DNA of 64,000 bases from the NCBI GenBank assembly GCA_965238275.1, contig OZ250186.1, positions 352,001-416,000 of the forward strand, given 5' to 3'. The stretch is from Nitrosopumilus sp. Its GTDB lineage: Archaea; Thermoproteota; Nitrososphaeria; Nitrososphaerales; Nitrosopumilaceae. Position numbers and translations under genes: made by a program. Under the pieces are notes generated by a model. The model ran no database searches. It worked only from the letters and a program-made list of their open reading frames with translations, and was not told the origin of the DNA. Below are positions 8,573 to 17,713 of the stretch, piece by piece; position 1 is the first letter of the stretch; the number at the start of each line of letters is the position of its first letter.

Positions 8573-10027
8573 TCAGCCCGGAATCAAATAAGAAGGAGCA
8601 TATCCTTTGGTCGAACCAAGATCCTCATAGATCTGCGCGCGCGGCATACGATCCCACAAGTGGCCCAGCAAGAGTATCGCGCCTTGCGGCCCTGCCAGGA
8701 AGAGGTGCATTTGGTCTGGCCTGTATTTCTGAACGAGTCGACGAATCGAGTCGCGTGTTTCATAAGCCCAGCCTCGGGCATCGGCGGCGTCGCCAATCGC
8801 GTGGTTGCTGGCACCATTTGCGGGACGGATGCAAACGTACTCCCCGACATTAATCTGCTTGTCGTGAATATATGCCAACACATCCGTCGACGGATCAACG
8901 GCCAAAGCGATACCCACAGCAAGATCTTTACCAAATCCCAGAGTCGTAGCGTCCTGCTTGATAGCAACATCAGACAACTCTCCTACAGAAGACCAAACCG
9001 TCTGACCCTGAAATGATGAAACCTGAAAGCCTGCGGTCTTGCTCAGCTCTATGCCTACGGCAAACCAAGTGGGCAAGCGCATGTACCCTCTGACTAGAAC
9101 GTGCGCGTGTCCCTGCGATCGTAATTTCTGTGCCGCCCCCCGGAGTTCTGATCGAAACCGGTCATTCCACAGTGCAGGATTTGACAGCAGACGTCTAACT
9201 CTCGGCTCGTTGCCTGGAAACGAGTCGACCCAGTCAAGGACAATAGTAGCGTTTTCCGGCATAGGGTCACGGTCAATTGCCTGTACAAGAATTGAAGCTG
9301 TCGGTGAATCGCCGGATTGCTTTAGCGGCTCAACCGCTAGCCTCAGCTTGGCAACGGTGATCTCCCTCTTACCCTCAGTTACCCAACCGCGTACGATTCC
9401 CATGCCTCGAGACACCGCATCCTCATCGTTGCGAAGGCCGACCGCAGCCATGAGTGGCCGCACCAACAGCGTCAAATCCTCCTCGGTTTTTCCAAGCATG
9501 AACCGGATGTCATGGAAAAACAGCACCGCTTCCTCCTCGTCGACCATGAGGTGCTCGGCAAGCATGCGGCGAACGTTGCCTTCTTTTGATCTGGGTTTTG
9601 CATATTGCAAGCGACGCGCGACGGTGCGATCACGGCCGTCTATCATGCCCAGCAACGGATCCGCAGCTTGTGGAAGGCGGTTGGTCACCAGAGTTATCTT
9701 GGGTTTGTGCCCGCTCTGGTTGCCTATCCATAGCTTGTGGAACCCTTGGATTATGCTTGGTCCGCCAACCCTGGAAGGCTTAGTGAGCCACTCCATTCCA
9801 GCAGCTTGGCTTGCATCTGCTGAAGACTTGAGTTGGTAGCATTCATATCCACCGTCTTCCATGTACACTGTGACATCATCGGCATTTCCCGCTTTAGGAT
9901 CCTCAATTCCAATTTTGGTTATGCCGCTACCTGCATTAATCGCCCTGATTACTTGAACCCAAGAGAACAGATGCTGATAGTCGTCGCCTCTGATTCGGGC
10001 GCCGCTGGCACTTAGTCCTGTGGTCAT
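8573..10027 (-). CDS. CBASS effector: PD-(D/E)xK-type endonuclease + SAVED domain (Cap4-like)
   Basis: N-terminal GDDYQ...IE...DDV...YQLK nuclease motif. C-terminal SAVED signature HLFLAGPQGAILLLGH. Last gene of the cyclase-HORMA-TRIP13 operon, with an ATGA overlap. Confidence 0.85.
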   Translation of the reverse strand: MTTGLSASGARIRGDDYQHLFSWVQVIRAINAGSGITKIGIEDPKAGNADDVTVYMEDGGYECYQLKSSADASQAAGMEWLTKPSRVGGPSIIQGFHKLWIGNQSGHKPKITLVTNRLPQAADPLLGMIDGRDRTVARRLQYAKPRSKEGNVRRMLAEHLMVDEEEAVLFFHDIRFMLGKTEEDLTLLVRPLMAAVGLRNDEDAVSRGMGIVRGWVTEGKREITVAKLRLAVEPLKQSGDSPTASILVQAIDRDPMPENATIVLDWVDSFPGNEPRVRRLLSNPALWNDRFRSELRGAAQKLRSQGHAHVLVRGYMRLPTWFAVGIELSKTAGFQVSSFQGQTVWSSVGELSDVAIKQDATTLGFGKDLAVGIALAVDPSTDVLAYIHDKQINVGEYVCIRPANGASNHAIGDAADARGWAYETRDSIRRLVQKYRPDQMHLFLAGPQGAILLLGHLWDRMPRAQIYEDLGSTKGYAPSYLIPG

Positions 10028-10962
10028 GGATTCTGTTTACCACCCATGGAGTCAAACGGTCGGGTCGGCTCCGTCCGGTCAAGCACCGATAAAGCAGTCT
10101 CAAAACTGACAGGTTCGTCCGGAAACGCCTCAAGGAGAAGATTGGGTATGAGGCGTTGGGCGATGTCTGAAAAGGAGTAGCCGTAGTCTTGGCATTTCCC
10201 ATCCGGGCCGGTCAGTCTAGCCAATTCACGGTATTGATCGTCGTTAAAGATGTCATCAAAGGCCCTACGGAACAACGCCTCCCTTTGTTCTGCATTTGGT
10301 CGTTTAAACTCATGGTGAACCGCTGCACGGCGCAGGACTGCCGGATCTAGTGACTTGTAGCGATTGGTGCAAAGTATCACCAAAACAGGCAAACGCTCTC
10401 GCGCAAGACGGTCTATGCCCCTAATCAGCGCGTTGACCCCCGCACGGTCCTCGTGGTGCATCTGCTCAGTATCCCGCGACTCTGCAAGTGCATCTGCCTC
10501 GTCGATCACGAAAACGACCGCCGAAGTGGGTTTACCATGTTGCTCAAATCCACGTCGAGCAGATTCTGCCACTTTGTCAAATGCCTGCGATATCAGGTGG
10601 GTCATCTGACCTACGGTTCCTTGCCCACGGGTAATGAGACTCAAACGCAGGAGAGTCACCTTGATGTCTTCCTCTCTGGCTATAGGACTGCCCAAGCTAT
10701 CCGCAAGTGTTGTCTTTCCCGTACCCACGTCTCCGGAAAACACCATCAGCGGTGAGCGTCGATAAAATTGCTCCACGCATGGCAGGACAGATCCGTGTTT
10801 TTCCTTACTCCATTGTTCTAGCAACTCCGGAACCAAGATAAGACGGGCTTCTTTTAGCAGGACGGCTTTTAGGCGATCCAGCCCAACAAGCATTTTGAAT
10901 TGACTATCTGCATCTACGTCTGGCATCTCTCTAACATCGTCGAACAGATCATGTGAGACCAT
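10024..10962 (-). CDS. cap6: CBASS TRIP13/Pch2-like AAA+ ATPase (Cap6)
   Basis: Walker A GDVGTGKT, Walker B FVIDEAD, QMHHEDRAGVNALI, LDPAVLRRAA. Lies next to HORMA. Confidence 0.9.
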   Translation of the reverse strand: MVSHDLFDDVREMPDVDADSQFKMLVGLDRLKAVLLKEARLILVPELLEQWSKEKHGSVLPCVEQFYRRSPLMVFSGDVGTGKTTLADSLGSPIAREEDIKVTLLRLSLITRGQGTVGQMTHLISQAFDKVAESARRGFEQHGKPTSAVVFVIDEADALAESRDTEQMHHEDRAGVNALIRGIDRLARERLPVLVILCTNRYKSLDPAVLRRAAVHHEFKRPNAEQREALFRRAFDDIFNDDQYRELARLTGPDGKCQDYGYSFSDIAQRLIPNLLLEAFPDEPVSFETALSVLDRTEPTRPFDSMGGKQNP

Positions 10963-10972
10963 ACAAAAACAC

Positions 10973-11476
10973 CTAGTAGGGACGGAACGTCTGTCGTTGG
11001 GTGCTAACGCCTTGTGAAGAGTAACTTCTGTCGGTCGCCCAGTATCCGTTACCGTTTTGTGGTTCTTGTCCGGGAGTGCGTTTGATGGGAATGCGTGCCT
11101 CGATCTGCTGTTTTTTTACATTTGGTAACGAGCCCCAATTCACGCTATGTGTCAGGAACGAAAACCACACTGAGTTAGAAACATCTGCGCGTGCAAAAAC
11201 GCTACCAGATTTTCCATCCTGTAACGAACCGTCCTGCCGAACTTCATAGCGCAGGGCAACAACTATCTGATCGTTTCGCTTGAACCCATATTCTACTCGT
11301 GCCAAGTAACCCCCGGCCAAAAGTTCGGTCAGCTCTTCATAGTAATCCCATATCAAGGATTCATCTGGTTGTCCGTAATAGGCTAGCATACCTCGGAGAT
11401 CTGCCATTACCTTAGAGGCAATATATTTCGCACCGGTTCTGGTAAACGTGGAACTTGTTGTAAATGTGTTAGTCAT
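10973..11476 (-). CDS. cap7: CBASS bacterial-type HORMA protein (Cap7)
   Basis: TFTxTxAxxIASKVxADL...YG.P...YxEELxxLLxxGYL..V.YGF..., C-terminal DRSYS. Closely resembles the recalled E. coli CdnC-associated HORMA. Confidence 0.9.
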   Translation of the reverse strand: MTNTFTTSSTFTRTGAKYIASKVMADLRGMLAYYGQPDESLIWDYYEELTELLAGGYLARVEYGFKRNDQIVVALRYEVRQDGSLQDGKSGSVFARADVSNSVWFSFLTHSVNWGSLPNVKKQQIEARIPIKRTPGQEPQNGNGYWATDRSYSSQGVSTQRQTFRPY

Positions 11477-11968
11477 GTCTCCCTAACCCCTGAAAGATGA
11501 CCCGAGAATGACTTGCCAAGATTCCACCGCCCTTTCCTTGGTGGTAGCATAAAAAGCCTCGCGTATGGCGTCCGCTGCCTCTTCTGCGGCCTCAACAAGC
11601 GCGGCACGATCATTAACTGAATACCGGTTGGTGACATTGTTATCAGCGTTGACTGGATCGAATACTTCGATGGCGGCTCCCGTAAGGCTTGGAAGGTCGC
11701 TAGGTGGGTAGCAGTCGCCGAATGCCACCCGTTCCTCAAGGTCGGTCTTTACTATGTAACTGAAGAATTTTTCAAGAATTCGCGGATAGTCATTCAATTC
11801 CATGCCAGAATAGAAGATATGCGTAATCCACCCATTTTGCCAACCCGGCCATAAAAAACCGGAAAAATACGGCCTAAAACTAGTCGTGTCTGGTATGTGG
11901 CAAGTCCGTTCACCCCAAAATCCAAAATGACGTGCGCAGCCTTGCAGCACTTCATCGTGCCCTGAATT

Positions 11969-13306
11969 CTACTTGACCGGAGCTTGGGAGCAGGCCCTGT
12001 CCCAGTCTACTGACGTCTTCCACTGCCCCGGTGGTGGCGGGCCCTTTTCCATGCAGTCCCACAAAAGGTTCAGGTTTACCAGCCCGGTGATCACGTTGAA
12101 CTCCCGGTTGAACTGCGCCGCGTTGCCGTCGTACGGGTCGGCAAGACGCGCGTAGCGCTTGAGCCTGCCTATGGCGTGCTCCACCAACACCCGGGTGGAG
12201 TTGATCCTGTGGTTGTGCTTTTTTTGCTCCGGCGTCAGCGGCGTGTCCCTGGTCTTCTTGTACGGGATCTCCGGCGTGGTGCCGGGCAGGTGGTCTGCGA
12301 TTCCCTGGTAGCCGCGGTCGACGAAGGGGTGGCACCTGTCTGATTCTGGCAGATCCGGATCGTGCATCGCCTCCTCCCACTTTCCAAACGGCATGGGGCG
12401 TTCCTTGAGCAGCGTGATGTCGCCGACTGACCCGACGGTGCTTTTTGATATGCCGATCACCACCCCGTCCCGGTTGGCGTACACGTTGGTATTGTTGGTG
12501 AACTTTTTCTTCTTGCCGGAGTATTTCATGCGCCGGACTGACTTTACAGACGGGCGCTGCACGGGGCAGTGCGTGCCGTCTATGAATATCTCGCCCCCGT
12601 CGGACCCGGGCACGATCTTCTTGAAATCCTCCTTGGTCGGGGCAGCAGCTACCTCCTCGGATATGTTGTCTGCCGTCGGAAGTATTCCTGCCAGCATCGC
12701 ATCCATCACCGGAATGTACCGGGACACGGTGGTCTGGTCTATCCCGAAGAATGCGGCAAGCACGCCTTGGGCGGGGTTGTCCTTTTTGCGGATAAGTGCT
12801 AGGAGCAGTGCGTGTCTCAGGTACAGTTTGCACCGGTTTCCGGGATCGGAGACCCGGGATGCGTTATCGCGGAACAGCGGCATCTGGCCCGAATGCGTCA
12901 GAAACACCTTGGCCCGCTCCAGCATGTACCGGAACTGTTCCCCGTCTGCCAGCGTGACATGGCGGAGCTTGTCCCCGTCGCGTATTATGCCGTCTAGCAC
13001 CTCTAGCAGGTGCAACGCTGGCCCCTTGCCGGGGTTCCAGCCATCGTTCCTGCTCTTCCACAGGCCGCGTTCAAGGCCCAACTCCCTGTCTTTCTGTTCC
13101 AGCTTTTTGTCTTTCTGCTTTAGAATATTTTTTAGGGTTTTGTCTTTCTGTTCCAGCTTTTTGTCTTTCTGTTCCAGCTTTTTGTCTTTCTGTTCCAGCT
13201 TTTTGTCTTTCTGTTCCAGCTTTTTGTCTTTCTGCTTTAGAATATTTTTTAGGCTTCTGTTTTCCTGTTCCAATCTGTGCATGATCTGATCAGGCGAGTC
13301 TGGCAT
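11969..13306 (-). CDS. IS5-family DDE transposase with N-terminal KDKKLEQ coiled-coil repeats
   Basis: IDGTHCPVQRP, YSGKKK, VDRGYQG, RVLVEHAIGRLKRY. Confidence 0.9.
   Translation of the reverse strand: MPDSPDQIMHRLEQENRSLKNILKQKDKKLEQKDKKLEQKDKKLEQKDKKLEQKDKTLKNILKQKDKKLEQKDRELGLERGLWKSRNDGWNPGKGPALHLLEVLDGIIRDGDKLRHVTLADGEQFRYMLERAKVFLTHSGQMPLFRDNASRVSDPGNRCKLYLRHALLLALIRKKDNPAQGVLAAFFGIDQTTVSRYIPVMDAMLAGILPTADNISEEVAAAPTKEDFKKIVPGSDGGEIFIDGTHCPVQRPSVKSVRRMKYSGKKKKFTNNTNVYANRDGVVIGISKSTVGSVGDITLLKERPMPFGKWEEAMHDPDLPESDRCHPFVDRGYQGIADHLPGTTPEIPYKKTRDTPLTPEQKKHNHRINSTRVLVEHAIGRLKRYARLADPYDGNAAQFNREFNVITGLVNLNLLWDCMEKGPPPPGQWKTSVDWDRACSQAPVK
13086..13251 (-). repeat. 21-bp tandem repeat encoding the KDKKLEQ heptad
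   Basis: TGTCTTTCTGTTCCAGCTTTT x4 in tandem, plus a duplicated LKNILKQKDKKLEQ block. Confidence 0.9.
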
Positions 13307-14315
13307 TTGATGTGAGACGCGATCGTGCCTGATCTAAATTTATCGATGTGAACAGGGGGATTACGCATATTTTCTAATCGGCCAAGTGGGCCACGAGTAG
13401 TTCCAATAAGAAGGACTTGCATTTGAATGCGGCGTTTTCATCTTTTCGTTGCTTGGCCCACCATTTGACCAAGCGCACAACTTGGGCAAAGTGCTGCGGG
13501 TTGGATGTCTTCCGAACACGGATAAACTTAAGGTGAAGCGGGATGCTGGTAAGGAGCCTCTCACCGGTATACTTGTCTATCAGATATCCATAGTCTTTCT
13601 CATCTCCCTCATAGATGACGGGAACAACATCTACATCCAGTCCGCTTCCTCGGAAATGAATTTTCACACAATGGGGGGAACTCGTATCAAAGTCGCTCGG
13701 ATCCTTTTGTGGGTACGCCTCGCGGAGGCGCTCCCCCACCCACGGCACCACGTCTTTTTCACTACCAGGAGTTTGATCCTTCTTTACATATACTGCGACA
13801 TCAAGGTCGTTGATGGTGCGCAGGGCGGTTCCTTTGGCAACGCTTCCGGCATGCAGCATTTTGACCAACCCGAACCCGGGGTTGTCCGCAATGTGCCGTT
13901 CAAGGATATCGCGGAGGCTGTTCACCTGTTCCCTGTATTTGTGCACGGAATCTTGCGGAAGATTAATTCGTTCTTCTGCGAAGGAAAGTATGTCCGCATG
14001 GGTTATGAATGAGTCTGTCATCTACACTCCTCTCATGCATATAGGATCTTAAGAATGATTCGCTCTAGAGTGTTGTGACGCAGTGCTGGACATATTGTTT
14101 CGCTCATTATCCAGCAAAATCAGGCATGAATTCAGGATAAAATGATCGAAACTTTTTGTCTCCTACTACGCATAATTAGCAAATTGCCAGACATGTCTCT
14201 AGGTAATCGGCTTGGAGGCCACCATCCTGCTCTTGGGCGCTGAACATGTAGTACGTCAGGTTCTGCATGAACCTGAAAGGCAGTCTAGAATGGAGCCCCC
14301 AATCGCCGGAACCGG

Positions 14316-15452
14316 TCATGACGATAAAGCCAGTTCTTTGATCAAATACACGTGTTCCAGCGGGGAGTTCTTGATCATCCTCCTGCTGATCAAGCCGCTA
14401 GGAATCTCCTCTAGGTACTCTTTTCTTCGCGTGCGTGCATCATCCACATCTACGCGTCCTAGCAAGTCCAGATTTCTCATGATGGCGTGCATGTACCCCG
14501 TCTCGTCAGTTCCTGAAGGCGACGGAGATCCCTCCAAGTGCCTTTGGAGGGACTTGGCAAAGAGGAGCATCAGCAACACATCGGTGATGTGGTTAGATTT
14601 TTTATAGGAATAAAGCCTAGAAAGATAGCTCCCCTGAAAGCCATTATAGTGGCTAAGCAGATCCGATGCGACAAGTGCGTTGGTGTCTAGCGGCAAGAAA
14701 CTGCCAAGCGATTGCACTATGCTGGAGATTATGTCGGATACCGTGTAAGGCGGGTCGCGCTTGAAGCGGCCTACCTTGAACCCTGTCAGTTTTTGATACG
14801 AGTCGTAGGCTATCGCGAGATCCTTCGGGTTGGCTTGCCGCAGCAGCGTGGCAATATCGTAGATCTGCTTGACGATCTCGGTACGGTTTTCGGCTTTGAT
14901 CCCCACCGTCCCGATCGCCAAGGACGTGATCTTGTCAGCTATCAAGGTGCCTCTTGACAGTATTGTCATATCCTGGAGTGTCCCAAAATCCAGTATCTGC
15001 GAACCGGCCCGGATACGCTGCGTGTCAAGGTGCAGGTCCGCGCCGCAGAATGCGTCCACCTTCACGCTCTCTTGCCTGCCCAAGCAGGAGTCGTACATTA
15101 TCCTGTATGAGACGAAATTCTCTATCGGAAGGGGTTTTCTGGGAATGATCTTACTACACCGAAGCCCGTCCACGCTGCCATTTATGTCGTTCATGACGCC
15201 TTCGATCTCATCTGCAGAATGGCTGCTGAGGACGTCGATGTCCTTGCTCATGCGTTGTACCATGAAGTTGGGTTGGTGAAACGGCATGCACATCCCGCCC
15301 CTCGTGGTGCAGTGAATCTCTTGGGTGATGTGCTTGTGTATTTCAAAACACATGATGAACTTCTCGACAAGCGGGTCGGCGGGAAACCCGTACTTTTCAG
15401 AAATTCCGAGGATCCTCTCCCTAGTGAGCATCTCCGAGTAGTATAGAGCCAA
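14316..15452 (-). CDS. AbiEii-like nucleotidyltransferase (type IV toxin family)
   Basis: RGGMC...RMSKDIDV, ADKITSL and EIVKQIYDIA motifs. Starts 3 nt after the stop of the upstream gene. Confidence 0.8.
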   Translation of the reverse strand: MALYYSEMLTRERILGISEKYGFPADPLVEKFIMCFEIHKHITQEIHCTTRGGMCMPFHQPNFMVQRMSKDIDVLSSHSADEIEGVMNDINGSVDGLRCSKIIPRKPLPIENFVSYRIMYDSCLGRQESVKVDAFCGADLHLDTQRIRAGSQILDFGTLQDMTILSRGTLIADKITSLAIGTVGIKAENRTEIVKQIYDIATLLRQANPKDLAIAYDSYQKLTGFKVGRFKRDPPYTVSDIISSIVQSLGSFLPLDTNALVASDLLSHYNGFQGSYLSRLYSYKKSNHITDVLLMLLFAKSLQRHLEGSPSPSGTDETGYMHAIMRNLDLLGRVDVDDARTRRKEYLEEIPSGLISRRMIKNSPLEHVYLIKELALSS

Positions 15453-15455
15453 AAC

Positions 15456-17327
15456 CTACTCCTCCGGGAGGTACTCCTCGATCTCGTTTAGGATTTGCCT
15501 GCGCCTGGCAAGCGACCGCAATTTTGCGGGTCTTGCCAAGCCGGCATCGAGCAGCTCGTCTAGCACGAGGATCAGATCGTCATGGTAAAGGGGAATCCTA
15601 TCCCGGGTAACCTCAAAGTAGAGGTCCAGCCAAGCCTTCTCCGGCCCGGCCCAAGCAAGGGAAAGCCTCTCCCTGTATTCGCGAATTACGATGAACTTGC
15701 TGTGCTCTGTCCCATACAGCACGGCTGCAAGATCCTGCCTGCTCGGGTTTAGCACGACTGTAAACCCTCCTGCATGATCCGATATGGCCTCAAGCAGGCT
15801 CTGGCCGGCTCCCGGCACCGTATGGATCGTGTATACGATCTTGCCGTGGGTGTTGTGCAGGAACGGCACCAGCGTGGAAAGGCCGGTAAACTGAAAGTCA
15901 TGCTCAAAGGTCTCCTTCAGGTAGTCGTGCAGCTCGACAAGGTCGTTTTGCAAGGAATATCCGGGGAGATGAACCGCCTTTTCCCTCGGGGCACTCTTAC
16001 CGGCATGCCGGGTGAGGCGATCCCTGACAAACTCGTTCAGCATCCTGTTCCTGCGCTCGATGAAGGAGCGGCGTGACGGATCCTCTGCGGCCAATTCGGC
16101 CTCTATGCGAATCAGCCCGACAAGGAACAGCGGGTTCTTGAACAGGTGGAACGCCGGGTTGTTCCTTCCGATGCCGACGCGAACCCCGTTATTTACGGTC
16201 TCGACATCGAAGGTGTCCGAATCGTTGAACTCAAAATCAAAGATTGCGTCCCCCTTCCGCTGGACGAATCTGCCGGCCTCTCGCAGCAGCAACTTTGTGT
16301 TCTCGGAGCTCATTCGGGTGTCCAGAGGCGGGAGGTTGGGGTTCGGGTCCAATGCCAGCACAGATTCAATGTCAGACATGCCCTCTTTCGGGGACGAGGC
16401 CTGCCGCATGATCATCTTCACGACGGCGTCGGCAATGAAGCCGGATGCTGCCTCGCGGTACTCCGGCGACTCGGTCAGGAAGCCGGTCTTGTGGAAGTTG
16501 ACCGGGACGTGATCCAGGGACAGCTCGCCTGCCACCCTTGCGGCATTGGGGTGGAGTTTTATTCCAAACTTGTCAAACGCACTGATCAGCCTTCCGTTGC
16601 GGTACAGGTGTATTCCGTAGTCGCCTTTTATGGAGCGCCTCGCAAGGAGCCCGACCCAGCCAGTCATCCTACCGCCGGCAGTCTCTATGCTTACCGGGTG
16701 CTTCGAGCCGTCCACCAGTTTGGGCAAAGAAGGCTTGCAGGGGCGGGAGTTGACCAGTATCCGAACCTGGCCGCGTTCGATGTACGGCCCGTATCTGATC
16801 CCAAACCTACGGCGGAAGTTTAGTATCTGGTTTGGGTATAACGGCACCTTGATTTTGCTTATCATTATCTGGGTTCCGCGCCAACCTCCTTCCCTGGCAA
16901 TCTTCTCGATTTCAAAGTTGGTCCAGTTTTTAGACGCGTCGTTAAGCCATAGATCCTCGTCGTACCTTGCAGTAAACATAAAACTCGATCCCGGTACCGT
17001 GGTGCGTATGGTAAAGGCCTTTCCAAGGCTCGAGCACGCGCTCTTCAGGCCGAGCCCGAACTGTCCCAGCTTGCCTTTCTTTGTTTCCTTGGCAACAGTC
17101 AGCGCTTCCCTGAGCCCCTCAGAGTCCATCCCGCATCCGTCGTCGGACACCTCAATCTGCCCCAACCTAAAGTGCAAGATGACGCTGATCGTCCCCGTAT
17201 CGTCAAGCCGTGCGTCGATGGCGTTGTCTATCAACTCTGCCACCGCCTGCTCTGTCCTGTATCCGACCAGGCCGAGCTTCTTGATCAGGCTCTTGTCAGG
17301 CGTTATGTCGACTGTTATCTTTGCCAT
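15456..17327 (-). CDS. MORC-type GHKL ATPase fused to a C-terminal AbiEi-like (antitoxin) domain
   Basis: GHKL motifs AELIDNAIDA, DDGCGMD, GQFGLGLKSA, GTQI. S5-like GIHLYRNGRLI...PVNFHKTGF. C-terminal VVLNPS...FIVIRE...GPEKAWLDLY. ATG 17327 (alternative GTG 17336). Confidence 0.75.
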   Translation of the reverse strand: MAKITVDITPDKSLIKKLGLVGYRTEQAVAELIDNAIDARLDDTGTISVILHFRLGQIEVSDDGCGMDSEGLREALTVAKETKKGKLGQFGLGLKSACSSLGKAFTIRTTVPGSSFMFTARYDEDLWLNDASKNWTNFEIEKIAREGGWRGTQIMISKIKVPLYPNQILNFRRRFGIRYGPYIERGQVRILVNSRPCKPSLPKLVDGSKHPVSIETAGGRMTGWVGLLARRSIKGDYGIHLYRNGRLISAFDKFGIKLHPNAARVAGELSLDHVPVNFHKTGFLTESPEYREAASGFIADAVVKMIMRQASSPKEGMSDIESVLALDPNPNLPPLDTRMSSENTKLLLREAGRFVQRKGDAIFDFEFNDSDTFDVETVNNGVRVGIGRNNPAFHLFKNPLFLVGLIRIEAELAAEDPSRRSFIERRNRMLNEFVRDRLTRHAGKSAPREKAVHLPGYSLQNDLVELHDYLKETFEHDFQFTGLSTLVPFLHNTHGKIVYTIHTVPGAGQSLLEAISDHAGGFTVVLNPSRQDLAAVLYGTEHSKFIVIREYRERLSLAWAGPEKAWLDLYFEVTRDRIPLYHDDLILVLDELLDAGLARPAKLRSLARRRQILNEIEEYLPEE

Positions 17328-17485
17328 GCTGATCACTACGTGTTAATATAATATATATTCACAGCTTTTGATCAATCACTATGCAAACGTGGCTGGTTTT
17401 CGTTGGCAAGGACTGCCACCGCCGGCATGTGTGGGCACTCAATCTTGGCGTATGGTGGAACATTTACGTTTGCGGCCAAAAACTG

Positions 17486-17573
17486 CAAAATTATCAGATT
17501 ATCAAAATTTATAAGATTTGCAAAATTTATAAGATTTGCAAAATTTATAAGATTTGCAAAATTATAAGATTCG
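17486..17573. repeat. 18-bp quasi-palindromic tandem repeat
   Basis: CAAAATTTATAAGATTTG x3 perfect copies (17503-17556) plus a degenerate copy on each side. Confidence 0.9.
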
Positions 17574-17713
17574 ATTCGATGTTATATCCTGCAAAATGCG
17601 CCATAGTCTGTTACGGGTGATCCAAGTATGCAAGAATTCTGTACAAAACTGACAAAACCTACTGCACGCATATGCTCGTGACATGATAGTGACAAGGAAA
17701 TCACACATGCGTA

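Larger units (their letters stand above)
11812..13375 (-). mobile_element. IS5-family (ISL2-like) insertion sequence inside the CD-NTase gene
   Basis: TIR AGAAGATATGCGTAATCC / GGATTACGCATATTTTCT (17/18). 3-bp TSD AAT at 11809-11811 and 13376-13378. Confidence 0.92.
11483..14021 (-). pseudogene. cdnC: CD-NTase (CdnC-like cyclic oligonucleotide synthase) interrupted by an IS
   Basis: 5' part 14021-13376 contains HAGSVAKGTALRTINDLDVAV and GSGLDVDVVPV. 3' part 11809-11483 contains DPVNADNNV...WQVILGSSF. Removing the IS and one TSD copy rejoins VAHLAD-SGMELNDYP in frame (323 aa). Confidence 0.92.

Noticed and set aside
11483-11950. 155-aa ORF as an independent gene
   Set aside because: Its N-terminal ~47 codons lie inside the IS end; the rest is the severed CD-NTase C-terminus.
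11952-13289. 293-aa and 298-aa alternative-frame ORFs within the IS
   Set aside because: Antisense or frame shadows of a GC-rich transposase gene; no recognisable motifs.
14180-14215. Possible IS630 end remnant (GCCAGACATGT...GTAATCGG)
   Set aside because: Matches are only 8-11 bp and in the wrong order; not distinguishable from chance.
17486-17573. Possible CRISPR array
   Set aside because: Units are head-to-tail with no spacers, and no cas genes are present in the window.
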